The notes: generated from the letters alone by a model not told the origin. DNA of 64,000 nt from Candidatus Omnitrophota bacterium (GCA_021108075.1 JAIORP010000135.1:23938-87937), one strand, 5' to 3'. Shown: positions 18,766 through 29,547, counted from the stretch's first letter. A program made the numbers and translations.

Positions 18766-19146
18766 ATGAAAAAAATGAAAGAAAAAAGAAAATTTATTCG
18801 AACTAAATGGAAATATCCCGTTGTTATCTTTGGACCAAACAATGAAATTCTCAACGGACAAATCAGCAATATTTCTCTAACAGGAGCCTACATTACCCGT
18901 GTTTTCCCTTGCATACTCCGCGTGGGCGATATATTCAGTTTTAATATCATCCTTTCCGATATTGACCTCGACCTCCGTATCGAAGGTGATGCTATCGTCC
19001 TTCGACAAGAATCAACCATCGGAATAGGAGTCAAATTCACAAAATTCAACGCAGACGCGCTCATGCACCTTCGCAAAATTGTTACGTACAATCATGAGGA
19101 CACAGAAAGCACACCCGGTAAACCTAAAATCTTTTCAGACAATTAA
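18766..19146 (+). CDS. PilZ-domain protein
   Basis: EKRKFIR (RxxxR) and NISLTGA ([D/N]xSxxG) c-di-GMP motifs, GIGVKF. Confidence 0.87.
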   Translation: MKKMKEKRKFIRTKWKYPVVIFGPNNEILNGQISNISLTGAYITRVFPCILRVGDIFSFNIILSDIDLDLRIEGDAIVLRQESTIGIGVKFTKFNADALMHLRKIVTYNHEDTESTPGKPKIFSDN

Positions 19147-19390
19147 TCCTTCCCAGGCTCATCGAAAAAACTAAAATTTTGCAGTAGCAGAATTTGCCGG
19201 AAGAACCGACTGAGTGAATCTCAACCTGATGTTATCATGATAATCACAGGGAGTTCCCCTGACAGACATAAAACCAATAATTCAATCAAGATCCTAACAT
19301 AATGAGTCAGGCACCTGATGGATAACGGATCCTGTTTTTTGAACAAAAGGTTACTTATACAGCAGTATATTCATAACAGAGGAGGAAAAA

Positions 19391-21139
19391 ATGGCAAGAC
19401 CGGTTGTTAATGAAGGAATTGACAGTATCAGAAAAGGTGGTAGCAATATATTTAGAGAAGGAACCCACATGCTTCCAAGCATTTCTTTGATGATGGCTGA
19501 AGGCGTATTAAAAACAATCAAGGATGTTAAAAAACCGTTTGTCACAATCATCAACTCCCACACTACGCAAATACCTGGTCATGCTCATTTGGATCAAATA
19601 GGAGCGGTCCTAAAAAAGGAACTGGAAGCCCAAAACATAAATGTTTGGTACACGAATATCGGGGGAGCAATATGTGACGGTATCGCAATGGGGCATTTTG
19701 GAATGAAATACTCGTTGCCATCGCGGGAACTGATTACGGATCAAATTGAAACAATTATTGGCGCCCATCCCTGTGATGCCTGGATCGGTATCGGCAATTG
19801 CGACAAAATCGTGCCCGCGATGTACAACGCCATGGTGAGAATCAATATTCCATCCATCTATGTCAGTGGTGGACCGATGCTGGCGGGTTGCGATCATCAA
19901 GACCTCATATCTGTTTTCGAGGGGGTTGGAAAACATAGCGTTGGAAAAATGTCAACGAAAGCCCTTGAAGAAATCACGAAATATGCTTGTCCTGGTTATG
20001 GTAGCTGCTCGGGCATGTTTACGGCAAATTCCATGAATTGCATGGGAGAGGTCCTTGGGCTCGCCCTGCCAGGAAATGGCACCATACCCGCAACCAAAAG
20101 GATTCCCGGGCAAACCAGGCAATTCCAGCTAAACCCGGATCGATTGGAACTCGTTAAAAAGGCCGGACACACATTACTCAATTTGCTCAAGAAAAAAATT
20201 CGCCCACTGGATATTCTGTCCAAACAATCCATTGACAATGCCTTCATACTGGATATGGCCATGGGGGGGTCGACAAATACCGTCTTACACGTCCTGGCAT
20301 TAGCCCATGAGGCTGGGATTAAATACAACCTCAAACGTTTAAACAAATTGTCCAAAACAACCGCGAACGTGGCCAAGATAGCCCCATCCAGACCAGAGGT
20401 CCATATTGAAGATGTCCATAAAGTCGGAGGAATGGGAGCTATTCTTAAATCCGTTTATGACGGTGGTCAGACAATGCTGGATCTAAAAACCCCAACAGTC
20501 TACGGCACACTTGGGAAATACGTCAAAGAATCACCTGAACCCGATGGGGATATCATTCGTCCGGCAGCGAACCCGTTTTCTCAAGAAGGGGGATTGTCCG
20601 TATTATATGGTAACATTGCGCCAAACGGTTCAGTGGTCAAAACATGTGGAGTGGAAGATGACATGCTCGTTTTTAAAGGGCCAGCCAAAATCTATGAGTC
20701 GCAAGAAGCGGCCTTAGAAGGCATCCTTGGAGGAAAGGTCAAAGAGGGGGATGTTGTTGTCATCCGTTATGAAGGTCCGAAAGGCGGTCCGGGGATGCAG
20801 GAAATGCTATCGCCGACAGCAGCGATCAAAGGGGCAGGGATACGAGCAGCCTTGATCACCGACGGAAGATTCTCCGGCGGGACCAGAGGCCTCTGCATCG
20901 GCCATGTCTCGCCAGAAGCGGCCTCTGGAGGAGCTATCGCCCTCCTGCGTAACGGCGATATAATCTCAATTGATGTCCTTAAAAAAAAATTAGATACGTG
21001 TGTCTCAAAGGCGGAACTGCAAAAACGACGCAAAAAACTCAAACCGTTCAAATCAAAAGTTCGCGGGGGGTGGTTGAAACGGTATTCCGCCAGAGTGACC
21101 AGTGCAGATACCGGGGCATGGCTCAGTGATGACTTCTAA
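19391..21139 (+). CDS. ilvD: Dihydroxy-acid dehydratase
   Basis: [62 protein letters not shown]. Confidence 0.95.
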   Translation: MARPVVNEGIDSIRKGGSNIFREGTHMLPSISLMMAEGVLKTIKDVKKPFVTIINSHTTQIPGHAHLDQIGAVLKKELEAQNINVWYTNIGGAICDGIAMGHFGMKYSLPSRELITDQIETIIGAHPCDAWIGIGNCDKIVPAMYNAMVRINIPSIYVSGGPMLAGCDHQDLISVFEGVGKHSVGKMSTKALEEITKYACPGYGSCSGMFTANSMNCMGEVLGLALPGNGTIPATKRIPGQTRQFQLNPDRLELVKKAGHTLLNLLKKKIRPLDILSKQSIDNAFILDMAMGGSTNTVLHVLALAHEAGIKYNLKRLNKLSKTTANVAKIAPSRPEVHIEDVHKVGGMGAILKSVYDGGQTMLDLKTPTVYGTLGKYVKESPEPDGDIIRPAANPFSQEGGLSVLYGNIAPNGSVVKTCGVEDDMLVFKGPAKIYESQEAALEGILGGKVKEGDVVVIRYEGPKGGPGMQEMLSPTAAIKGAGIRAALITDGRFSGGTRGLCIGHVSPEAASGGAIALLRNGDIISIDVLKKKLDTCVSKAELQKRRKKLKPFKSKVRGGWLKRYSARVTSADTGAWLSDDF

Positions 21140-21288
21140 AAAAAATCATAAATTCTGTTGCAATTCCCCCCCCAAACAATTATATTCCTTGAATAAGTTG
21201 AAATCGAGCGTTTGTTCCCGGGAATTTCACATGTTTTCCAGGCAAACGAATCTATAGATCAATATTTTTTAATCTGTATTAACGGAGG

Positions 21289-21819
21289 GTGAAAATGAGA
21301 AAAGTTTTATTTGCAAGCATTTTCATGTTATGTGTGGCTTTATCCGCACAAACAATTTATGCCGAAGACTTAACTCCTCAACTCTGTAAAAAAAAAGCAA
21401 TCGCAGCGGCTAAATTGATTGAAGCAGAAGGCGCTGCAGCACTAGAAAAAATAAAAGCTGAAGATGGTGAATTTCGTTTCGCAGATGGTAAAGGGTATGT
21501 CTGGGTCCATAACTTAGACAATATCATGCTTATGCATCCGATTGAGCCATCGCTGGAAGGAAAAGGCCTAGGCGACAAGCGTGACGTTAACGGCGTCTAT
21601 CTGTTTGTTGCCATGAATGAAATCGCTGAAGAAAATGGTGCTGGATGGGTTCCCTATTCATGGCCAAAACCGGGCGAAGAAGCCAGTTCACCAAAAGCAT
21701 CCTATGTTGTCTTAGTTGAAAAAGATGGTGAAAGCTACGTGGCTGGCAGCGGGATGTACGATATCACGGGTGACGATATTAAAAAAATGTTCCCGGACGA
21801 TTCTGTTTACGAAGAATAG
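21289..21819 (+). CDS. Stand-alone periplasmic single-Cache domain protein
   Basis: Signal peptide; YVWV...MLMHP...L.G...D.NG..LF..M...GWVPYSWPKPG...K.SYV...AGSG (sCache_2 pattern). Confidence 0.85.
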   Translation: MKMRKVLFASIFMLCVALSAQTIYAEDLTPQLCKKKAIAAAKLIEAEGAAALEKIKAEDGEFRFADGKGYVWVHNLDNIMLMHPIEPSLEGKGLGDKRDVNGVYLFVAMNEIAEENGAGWVPYSWPKPGEEASSPKASYVVLVEKDGESYVAGSGMYDITGDDIKKMFPDDSVYEE

Positions 21820-21842
21820 TTTCCACTGTTATTAAGTCGTCT

Positions 21843-21882
21843 AAAAAAAAGCGTGCTTATTTATTTAAGCACGCTTTTTTTT
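21843..21882. terminator. Bidirectional intrinsic terminator
   Basis: A8-GCGTGCTTA...TAAGCACGC-T8 between convergent genes. Confidence 0.85.
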
Positions 21883-22017
21883 AAAATTTATCAAATACCC
21901 CGCAGCAGAGCTACATGGTATTTGACTACGATTAATTTTAAATTCCGTCAAACATTTCCATTTGACCTCGATAAATTTGGTGGAAGAAGGCTTACATATT
22001 GAATATATAAACCTTAT

Positions 22018-22818
22018 TTATGGTTTGGTCTCGTCAAGACGCACTGTTATGTCATGATTGATCTTTTTGCAAATATCCCTAACGGCCGCTGTATCAGGTA
22101 AGACGCGGAAAATCGTATCTAAATATTTTTTTTCATGAATGACCTTCAGGGCTACAACAAAATTAATATCATAAACCCATCCAATCTGCAATAATTTGAA
22201 GTCATTCAATGTCCGTAAATCCTTTATCGCAACCTGACGTTCTTCCATAATTGCCGCCATGACGGCAGGATTGATCCGGGGAAGATCCGGCAAATCCAAA
22301 ACAACTTTCTTTCCCTGCCCAATCGCGTCCTGTTGATAATGGATATGGACGAAATAAAAAATATCTATCTTATCAACATCCCGCAGGAATTGAGCAAAAA
22401 TGATAAAACGCGGATCACTATGATTTTCAATTGAATAACGGTTATGATTCAAAATGGCGAAATTAATCAAATCAATCGTATTAGAATCGAAATCCTGTAG
22501 AACTTTTAACCTCGATAAAACCTGTTGCGCTAACCAAGCATGGTCAACTGTATCCCGGTCAGCAAATGAACCATACGTATGATATTGTTCAAAGCGCCCA
22601 ATATCATGGATTAATCCGATATAAGCGGCTAAAATGACATCTTGAGAGTCAGAAAAAATGAAAGGGGCTAACTCTTCCGCCAAGTCGCAGACTCGCAGGG
22701 AATGCTGGGCCTTGAGCGAAAAGGCAGCTTGAACATCTTTATCCAAAGATCCAAATTGGCGAAGATATTCCCTGAACCAACTTTTTTTCTCTTTTAAGTA
22801 TTTTTCATCTAAAATCAT
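22018..22818 (-). CDS. HD-domain metal-dependent phosphohydrolase
   Basis: HSLRV...IHDIGRFEQ...DHA...NHN...RDVDKID. Confidence 0.85.
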   Translation of the reverse strand: MILDEKYLKEKKSWFREYLRQFGSLDKDVQAAFSLKAQHSLRVCDLAEELAPFIFSDSQDVILAAYIGLIHDIGRFEQYHTYGSFADRDTVDHAWLAQQVLSRLKVLQDFDSNTIDLINFAILNHNRYSIENHSDPRFIIFAQFLRDVDKIDIFYFVHIHYQQDAIGQGKKVVLDLPDLPRINPAVMAAIMEERQVAIKDLRTLNDFKLLQIGWVYDINFVVALKVIHEKKYLDTIFRVLPDTAAVRDICKKINHDITVRLDETKP

Positions 22819-22995
22819 CGTTACCCTATATATTTATTACTATAATTAAAATAGCACATAGAATATTTAAATAGAATATTATAACAAATAATAATAAAAT
22901 TTCGTTGACAACAAACATAATCAATGTCAATATTGACATTATTAAATACTTTATAATCTATTCGCCAAGAATACTTTAAGCAAAATCAATGACAT

Positions 22996-23394
22996 ATGGG
23001 GAGAAAAATTAAAATGACATTGATCAAAAATTTTCAAGTATCGCGACCTACTGTAAAATCAATTAAAACTTTTCTATCCAACTTCCTAGCTCATGTAAGG
23101 TCGCAACAGGGCAACCTATGCTTACGCACATTAACAAAAAAAATTTTATTTGAATTGAACGATAAAAACGTAAATACCGTTTCTCTGACAGGCAACTTTA
23201 CAGATTGGGACACCAAGGGCATCCCGCTTAAAAAGAATTGGCGTGGTATTTGGCGAATACAAATAAAATTGAACCCCGGAAAATATGAATATAAATTCAT
23301 AATCAATAAAAATGACTGGATTACTGATCCGACTAATCCAGAGACAGTCATAAATTCATTTGGAACCAGAAATTCAATAAGGATCGTTACTTAA
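22996..23394 (+). CDS. Glycogen-binding (CBM48/AMPK-beta-like) protein
   Basis: VSLTGNFTDWD...GIWRIQIKLNPGKYEYKFII...WITDP; exact start uncertain (ATG 23014 follows GGGAG). Confidence 0.85.
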   Translation: MGRKIKMTLIKNFQVSRPTVKSIKTFLSNFLAHVRSQQGNLCLRTLTKKILFELNDKNVNTVSLTGNFTDWDTKGIPLKKNWRGIWRIQIKLNPGKYEYKFIINKNDWITDPTNPETVINSFGTRNSIRIVT

Positions 23395-23395
23395 T

Positions 23396-24562
23396 ATGAA
23401 AATAGCTATTTTATCTTGGGAATCAGCTCATTCAATTTATGTTGGTGGCGTTGCTATTCATGTTACAGAATTAGCCTGTTCATTAGAAAGAATCGGCCAC
23501 GAAGTTCATGTTTTTACCCGCATGGGACGTCATGACCACCCCCTTTATGAAAATATCCACGGAGTCCATTACCATCGCTGTCCTTTCAATTCGCATCCTG
23601 ATTTTATTGAAGAAGTTAACAATATGTGTCGAGCAATGGTCGATGCCGTTTTTCACACAGAAGATTATATGGGTGATCATTTTGATGTCGTCCATGCACA
23701 TGATTGGTTAACAGCCAATGCCATGATCTGGATAAAACGGGGGCGTGGCCGAAGAACAATCTTTACGATACATTCCACAGAATATGGCCGTTGCGGAAAT
23801 AATTTTTACGGTGGTGGTTCTGACCGCATTCGCGGAATAGAATGGCAGGGAGCTTATGAAGCCGACCGCGTTGTAACAGTTTCAGGCGCGCTTAAGAATG
23901 AAGTGCAATGGATATATAATATTCCTGAATGGAAAGTCGATATCATATATAATGGTATTAGTTGTCAAAATTATGATGGCTATATTGACCCTGGTGAAGT
24001 GCGTTCCCGCGTCCAGATCGGACCGGTTGATCCCATGGTGCTGTTTGCCGGGCGCATGTCCTCACAAAAGGGACCTGATATTCTTATGGAAGCCATCCCC
24101 AGTATTCTCCATTTTCATAACAACGCGAAGTTTGTTTTTGCCGGAGATGGAGACATGCGCGGACAGGTTGAACAACGCGCGCATCAGCTGGGAGTTGCCC
24201 ATGCAACTCGTTTTCTGGGACATCAATCGAGTTGGGCCTTAACAGATTTATTCAAAGCAACCGACTGCGTCTGCGTTCCGAGCCGCAATGAACCTTTCGG
24301 CATTGTTATTCTTGAAGCTTGGAGTGCGGGTAAGCCAGTTGTCGCCTCAGTTAACGGAGGCCCTTCAGAAATTATTTGGCACGATGTTACAGGTTTTAAA
24401 ATTAACGCTCATCCTGAGTCCGTCGCCTGGGGTGTCGGTTCACTTTTTGCTGATTTTGAACATGGACGCTGGATGGGAAGAAATGGAAGGATTGCCGCCG
24501 AGACTATATTTTCTTGGGATACTATAGCGGATCAAACTCTATCCGTTTATAATTGGTGGTAA
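23396..24562 (+). CDS. GT4-family glycosyltransferase (glycogen-synthase-like)
   Basis: MKIAILSWE...GGVA.HV, VHAHDWL, TIHSTEYGR, VPSRNEPFGIVILEAW. Confidence 0.9.
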   Translation: MKIAILSWESAHSIYVGGVAIHVTELACSLERIGHEVHVFTRMGRHDHPLYENIHGVHYHRCPFNSHPDFIEEVNNMCRAMVDAVFHTEDYMGDHFDVVHAHDWLTANAMIWIKRGRGRRTIFTIHSTEYGRCGNNFYGGGSDRIRGIEWQGAYEADRVVTVSGALKNEVQWIYNIPEWKVDIIYNGISCQNYDGYIDPGEVRSRVQIGPVDPMVLFAGRMSSQKGPDILMEAIPSILHFHNNAKFVFAGDGDMRGQVEQRAHQLGVAHATRFLGHQSSWALTDLFKATDCVCVPSRNEPFGIVILEAWSAGKPVVASVNGGPSEIIWHDVTGFKINAHPESVAWGVGSLFADFEHGRWMGRNGRIAAETIFSWDTIADQTLSVYNWW

Positions 24563-24571
24563 TAAATTACA

Positions 24572-25702
24572 ATGGTACCGCAGAGTAAAAAAATAAAAAA
24601 ACATAATGATTCACAAATTCAGCACATCAATGATGAAAATTATGTCTTGCCAACTGATTACGGCATAAGCCAGATAACCCTTCTAACCCGCGATCCTTTT
24701 TGGATCTACGCCTACTGGGAAATTAATCCTAAGAGCTTGAAAGAGAATCAAACAATATCCATGCATGTCAAGAAACATGGATGTTTTACGGTTCGCATTT
24801 ATGATGTTTCACAGATCCACTTCAACGGCCAAAACGCCAATCATACATTTGACGTCGATATCGATGTCTCGCATGAGAATGAAAAATACATCCAGGTCTG
24901 GGGTGATAACGCTAATTATTGTGCGGAGATTGGCTATCGAACCGCATCTGATGATTTCTTAGCCTTGGCGCGCTCAAATGTTATTCAAACACAACGATCA
25001 AGCCTTGCGGAACAGAATACTGTCACGTTAATGCAAACAAAAGAACATAACGGATCCTTTTTATTAGAGAACGTTAAGGATTACAGAAAAGACACGAAAA
25101 ATCTCACACCTGAAGTTAAACGATACCCTGTACCAGAACCCAATAAAAAACCAAAAAGTCCTTACGGCGATCAGACGCCATTATCGATTGACCATATTTG
25201 GAATTATTACAGCAAACTGACACCGTTGCTTCAAAAGGTCCGCCCAGGCAGGGAAGAAAAATTTCTGCGTCGTTTTAATCCTGAAGATTTAGAATTAAAT
25301 TCCTATGAGCTTGGTGAACCTTTAATTTCTCGACAATTCAAAATTAAAGCCTTGCGGGGCAGTTCCGACAACATCCATATACAGCAAGCAAGCAGTTCCG
25401 ATATACACGCTGAGGGATCACATTCTCTCGGGGCGAGTGAGAATAACAGCAATCAATCCAGACGACCGTTCTTTTTCGAAATAGGAACGGAATTAATTGT
25501 TTACGGAAGAACTGAACCGAATGCGAGTGTTTACTTTGATAACAGAAAAATACCGCTACGATCTGACGGCACATTCTCGATGAGATTATCCCTGCATGAA
25601 GGGACAATACCTCTTAACTTTATGGCCCAATCACATGATAAACTTGATAAACGTTCAATCTATACAGAAGCAACACGCTCAAAAACAACATATAAGCCAT
25701 AA
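24572..25702 (+). CDS. DUF4912-like protein
   Basis: LPTDYG...LLTRDPFWIYAYWE...LARSN; C-terminal ELIVYGRTEP...DGTFS. Confidence 0.82.
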   Translation: MVPQSKKIKKHNDSQIQHINDENYVLPTDYGISQITLLTRDPFWIYAYWEINPKSLKENQTISMHVKKHGCFTVRIYDVSQIHFNGQNANHTFDVDIDVSHENEKYIQVWGDNANYCAEIGYRTASDDFLALARSNVIQTQRSSLAEQNTVTLMQTKEHNGSFLLENVKDYRKDTKNLTPEVKRYPVPEPNKKPKSPYGDQTPLSIDHIWNYYSKLTPLLQKVRPGREEKFLRRFNPEDLELNSYELGEPLISRQFKIKALRGSSDNIHIQQASSSDIHAEGSHSLGASENNSNQSRRPFFFEIGTELIVYGRTEPNASVYFDNRKIPLRSDGTFSMRLSLHEGTIPLNFMAQSHDKLDKRSIYTEATRSKTTYKP

Positions 25703-25941
25703 ACCGAGATCTTGCCTGCCCTGATACGCGGGCACAGGAACCTTTGCTCGATATAAAACAGTGGAAAAAATTTCTACAAAATCGATCGCTTCATCCAATC
25801 TTAACGGTCAGATAAGCGGTGGTTCAGGCCAGATTCGCATTTCCCATTAATAATCTGGGAGAAATCAATTCGTTGCATCATTCAAACTAAATATTTTGCA
25901 GCAATATCACAATCATCAATATTTATAAAGGAGCATGATCA

Positions 25942-27660
25942 ATGCCAAAGGGTTTTCTTTGTTTAGTCTTACACGCCCATTTGCCATTTGTGCGCCACCC
26001 GGAAGAAGAATATTTTTTAGAAGAAAATTGGCTTTATGAAGCGATCACAGAGACTTATATCCCCATTATCAACATCTGTGAAAACTTACTAAAAGACCGC
26101 ATCTTTTTCCGTTTCACGATGTCCTTGACGCCACCTTTAATTGAAATGCTCCAGGATCCTTTATTACAAGATCGTTATATCCGTCATCTTGATAAATTAA
26201 TCGAACTGTCAGAAAAAGAAATCTATCGAACACAATTTGAGCCTCATTATCACCAGTTGGCAAACAATTATCATAAACAATTCAAAGACTACAAGGATCT
26301 TTTTGTCCATAAATATCACAAAAACATCATCGAAGCCTTTAAATCCTTTCAGGAGAAAGGCTGCCTAGAAATTATTACATGTTCGGCGACACATGGATTC
26401 CTGCCCCTTTTAAACATCAACCCGTCAAGCGTAAAAGCGCAACTAAATATTGGGATAGACCATTATAAAAAAACGTTCCAAAGAAAACCGGAAGGAATAT
26501 GGCTTCCCGAATGCGGTTATGAATACCAAATTGATGAACACTTAAAGAACAAAGGCATCCGCTATTTCTTCGTTGATACGCATGGAATTATTCATGCGAA
26601 CCCGACACCTGAATACGGAGTATATACTCCGATCTATTGTCCATCAGGGGTTGCCGCTTTTGGCCGTGACACAGAATCATCAAAACAGGTCTGGAGTGCG
26701 CATGAAGGATACCCTGGAGATGTAGATTACCGTGAATACTATCGGGATATCGGTCATGACCTTGACTATGAATACATTAAACCTTATATTCATCCCGACG
26801 GCATCAGAATCAACACTGGAATTAAATATTGGCGCATAACAGGGCGAACCGATTACAAAGAAGTTTATCGCCCTGAATGGGCCAGTGAAAAAGCGGCCCA
26901 ACACGCCGGCAATTTTATGTTCAACAGAGAAAAACAAATTGAACACTTAGCCAACCACATGAAGCGCGTACCAATCATCGTTTCACCTTATGACGCAGAA
27001 CTTTTCGGCCATTGGTGGCATGAAGGACCCCTTTGGTTGGACTATTTCATGCGCAAGGCGGGTCAAAATCAAGATATCATGCGATTAATAACGCCTTCCG
27101 AATATCTTCGAAAATACCCCATTCAACAAATGAGTACGCCATCTCCGTCAAGTTGGGGATACAAAGGATACAACGAATTCTGGTTGGACAAAGTCAATTC
27201 CTGGGTTTACCGGCATGTCCACATGGCCGGTAAACGCATGAATGAAATCGCAAACACGTTCGCGAAAAATATTTGCGGTAAAAATAATAGTCGCCTAAAA
27301 AGAGCATTAAATCAAGCCGCACGTGAACTATTATTAGCCGAGGCAAGTGATTGGACTTTTATCATGAAAGCAGGAACGATGGTCCCGTATGCCGAAAAAA
27401 GGATCAAACAACACATCGGTCGATTCAATAAGCTTTACAATGATATTATAAACAAAAACATTGATCCCCAATGGTTATCACTTATAGAAGAGCATGATAA
27501 CATCTTCAAGGACATAAACTGCGCCCAGTACTATATTGACGAAGAAATTTTCAATGACGCTAAAAAAACACAACCTCAACAAAATAAAATAACAATAAAA
27601 AACGGCTCAAACAGAAATACAGCCGTCAATGACGAGGAGGCACTTGATGGACATCATTAA
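25942..27660 (+). CDS. GH57 1,4-alpha-glucan branching enzyme (with DUF1957 domain)
   Basis: LVLHAHLPFVRH, EAITETYIP, GIWLPECGY, PYDAELFGHWWHEG, ARELLLAEASDW. Confidence 0.93.
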   Translation: MPKGFLCLVLHAHLPFVRHPEEEYFLEENWLYEAITETYIPIINICENLLKDRIFFRFTMSLTPPLIEMLQDPLLQDRYIRHLDKLIELSEKEIYRTQFEPHYHQLANNYHKQFKDYKDLFVHKYHKNIIEAFKSFQEKGCLEIITCSATHGFLPLLNINPSSVKAQLNIGIDHYKKTFQRKPEGIWLPECGYEYQIDEHLKNKGIRYFFVDTHGIIHANPTPEYGVYTPIYCPSGVAAFGRDTESSKQVWSAHEGYPGDVDYREYYRDIGHDLDYEYIKPYIHPDGIRINTGIKYWRITGRTDYKEVYRPEWASEKAAQHAGNFMFNREKQIEHLANHMKRVPIIVSPYDAELFGHWWHEGPLWLDYFMRKAGQNQDIMRLITPSEYLRKYPIQQMSTPSPSSWGYKGYNEFWLDKVNSWVYRHVHMAGKRMNEIANTFAKNICGKNNSRLKRALNQAARELLLAEASDWTFIMKAGTMVPYAEKRIKQHIGRFNKLYNDIINKNIDPQWLSLIEEHDNIFKDINCAQYYIDEEIFNDAKKTQPQQNKITIKNGSNRNTAVNDEEALDGHH

Positions 27661-29074
27661 TGGTTTACCCAATATTTTTTATAATAACTCTGATGAGCAG
27701 GATCTCGCACCCTTAAAAAAAGACATCTATTTACCAGGGATCAAAACAAACACAAACAACATTCAGGCCTGTTTCAGCATAGCCTTACATATGCATCAAC
27801 CAACCATTCCGGCCGGGCATGACAATCTACAAACGGCCGGGCTCATTTCAAATTTAGAACATATGATGAACAATCAACATACCGGAGACAATCACAATGC
27901 GCCTGTTTTTCTCAACTGCTATTCCCGCATATCTGATATAATCCGAGAACATGTCGACCAGGGTCATAATCCACGGGTCATGCTCGATTATTCCGGGAAC
28001 TTATTATGGGGACTACGTCAAATAGAAGGCGGCAGAGTTTTAGACAACTTAAAGTATATTACTTGCGATGAAAAATACTTTCCTTACGTTGAGTGGTTAG
28101 GAACGATGTGGTCGCATGCTGTCGCCTCATCAACACCCATTCCAGACATTAAACTGCATTTAATGGCCTGGCGTAAACACTTTGCTTCCATTTTCGGTAA
28201 AGATGCTGTCCGACGAGTCAAAGGGTTCTCCCCGCCTGAGATGCATTTACCGATCCATCCGGATGTCTGTTATGAATACATTAAAGCCCTTAAAGAATGC
28301 GGGTACACCTGGTTAATGGTCCAGGAACACACGATTGAACTCACCGACGGTACAGGACTCCGGAATCCTTATCTTCCACATAAACTTGTTGCAAAAAATT
28401 CTCTGGGCAAAATCGAAGAGATCACAATTCTCATCAAAACGCAAGGCTCAGACACTAAACTTGTCGCACAAATGCAACCGTATTATGAAGCTAAAACAAA
28501 ACATCCCGAAAATTTTTGTCAAAAACAAATTCCACCTATTGTCCTGCAAATTGGTGATGGTGAAAATGGAGGGGTGATGATGAATGAATTTCCTTCAGCC
28601 TTTCACCAGGCATTCAATGAGATAGGATTTGACGGTGTCGTAGCCATGAATGGCACAGAATACCTGGAACTCGTAGTGGCTAAAGGGATTAAAGAAAAAG
28701 ATTTTCCTGGCGCGCAACCCGCATCGCAACATTTAATCTGGGAAAACATCAAAAAATTTGAACCGCACGCAAGTGATAAGGCTATTGACAAAATTCACGA
28801 TAAAGACCCAAACTATAATCTCGATAAAGGGTCATGGACAAGTGACCGAAGTTGGATAAAGGGGTATGAAAGTGTCCTGGATCCCATGAACAAACTCAGT
28901 GTCGCTTTTCATAGTAAATACGATAAAAAAGGTCCATCATCCGACCCTCAATACAATGAAGCCCTGCTCTATCTACTGCTTTCTCAAACAAGCTGTTTTC
29001 GTTATTGGGGTGAAGGTGTTTGGATAGAGTACGCCAAAGAATTATGCCGCAGAGGAAATGAACGTTCCGCATAA
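27647..29074 (+). CDS. Second GH57-family glycoside hydrolase
   Basis: ALHMHQP, GFSPPEM, IGDGENGG, QTSCFRYWG; start at ATG 27647 after GAGGAGG. Confidence 0.85.
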   Translation: MDIINGLPNIFYNNSDEQDLAPLKKDIYLPGIKTNTNNIQACFSIALHMHQPTIPAGHDNLQTAGLISNLEHMMNNQHTGDNHNAPVFLNCYSRISDIIREHVDQGHNPRVMLDYSGNLLWGLRQIEGGRVLDNLKYITCDEKYFPYVEWLGTMWSHAVASSTPIPDIKLHLMAWRKHFASIFGKDAVRRVKGFSPPEMHLPIHPDVCYEYIKALKECGYTWLMVQEHTIELTDGTGLRNPYLPHKLVAKNSLGKIEEITILIKTQGSDTKLVAQMQPYYEAKTKHPENFCQKQIPPIVLQIGDGENGGVMMNEFPSAFHQAFNEIGFDGVVAMNGTEYLELVVAKGIKEKDFPGAQPASQHLIWENIKKFEPHASDKAIDKIHDKDPNYNLDKGSWTSDRSWIKGYESVLDPMNKLSVAFHSKYDKKGPSSDPQYNEALLYLLLSQTSCFRYWGEGVWIEYAKELCRRGNERSA

Positions 29075-29091
29075 CTTTATAGAAATATCAA

Positions 29092-29120
29092 TTGACAAAT
29101 ATATCATTGCGCTTCATACT
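29092..29120 (+). promoter_or_regulatory. Sigma70-like promoter for the cold-shock gene (long 5' UTR)
   Basis: TTGACA-17 bp-CATACT about 135 nt upstream of the ATG. Confidence 0.55.
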
Positions 29121-29257
29121 TTTACATAAAGTAAATAAAGGTTTAATCATATTAATTCTGTTTATCTCGTCATCACACAATGTTCCAATCGCTTTCTTGA
29201 TTAATACGACATTGCCGTTATTTACTGATCGTCAAACAAGAAAGGAGGAGGTAAATA

Positions 29258-29458
29258 ATGGTCAAAGGTAAGGTCAAATGGTTTAACAACCAAAAAGGTT
29301 ATGGATTCATTACACCAGAGTCTGGAGATGATATCTTTGTCCATTTCTCTGCGATCCAAAGTGATGGCTACAAAACCCTGACTGAAGGACACGACGTGGA
29401 TTTTGAAGTAGAGAAAGGTCCAAAAGGTGAACACGCCAAGAATGTTACTGCGGCATGA
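29258..29458 (+). CDS. cspA: Cold-shock protein
   Basis: [15 protein letters not shown] (RNP1), DIFVHFSAI (RNP2). Confidence 0.96.
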   Translation: MVKGKVKWFNNQKGYGFITPESGDDIFVHFSAIQSDGYKTLTEGHDVDFEVEKGPKGEHAKNVTAA

Positions 29459-29471
29459 TTTATATATCCAT

Positions 29472-29500
29472 AGAGCCCGACTTATAGGTCGGGCTTTTTT
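29472..29500 (+). terminator. Intrinsic terminator
   Basis: AGAGCCCGAC-loop-GTCGGGCTTTTTT. Confidence 0.85.
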
Positions 29501-29547
29501 CATTTATATTGCTAAAAAAGATTGTTTGTTAGGTAAAGGAGCCGGTT

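Noticed and set aside
19200-19290. Possible receiver-domain remnant (QPDVIMIITG)
   Set aside because: Too short, with no start or other motifs; chance similarity is likely
23119-23155. Possible frameshift at the A8 tract joining an alternative ATG to the CBM48 domain
   Set aside because: The annotated frame is already open with a plausible RBS and ATG, so no frameshift is needed
29222-29503. 93-aa minus-strand ORF
   Set aside because: Antisense shadow of the cold-shock gene
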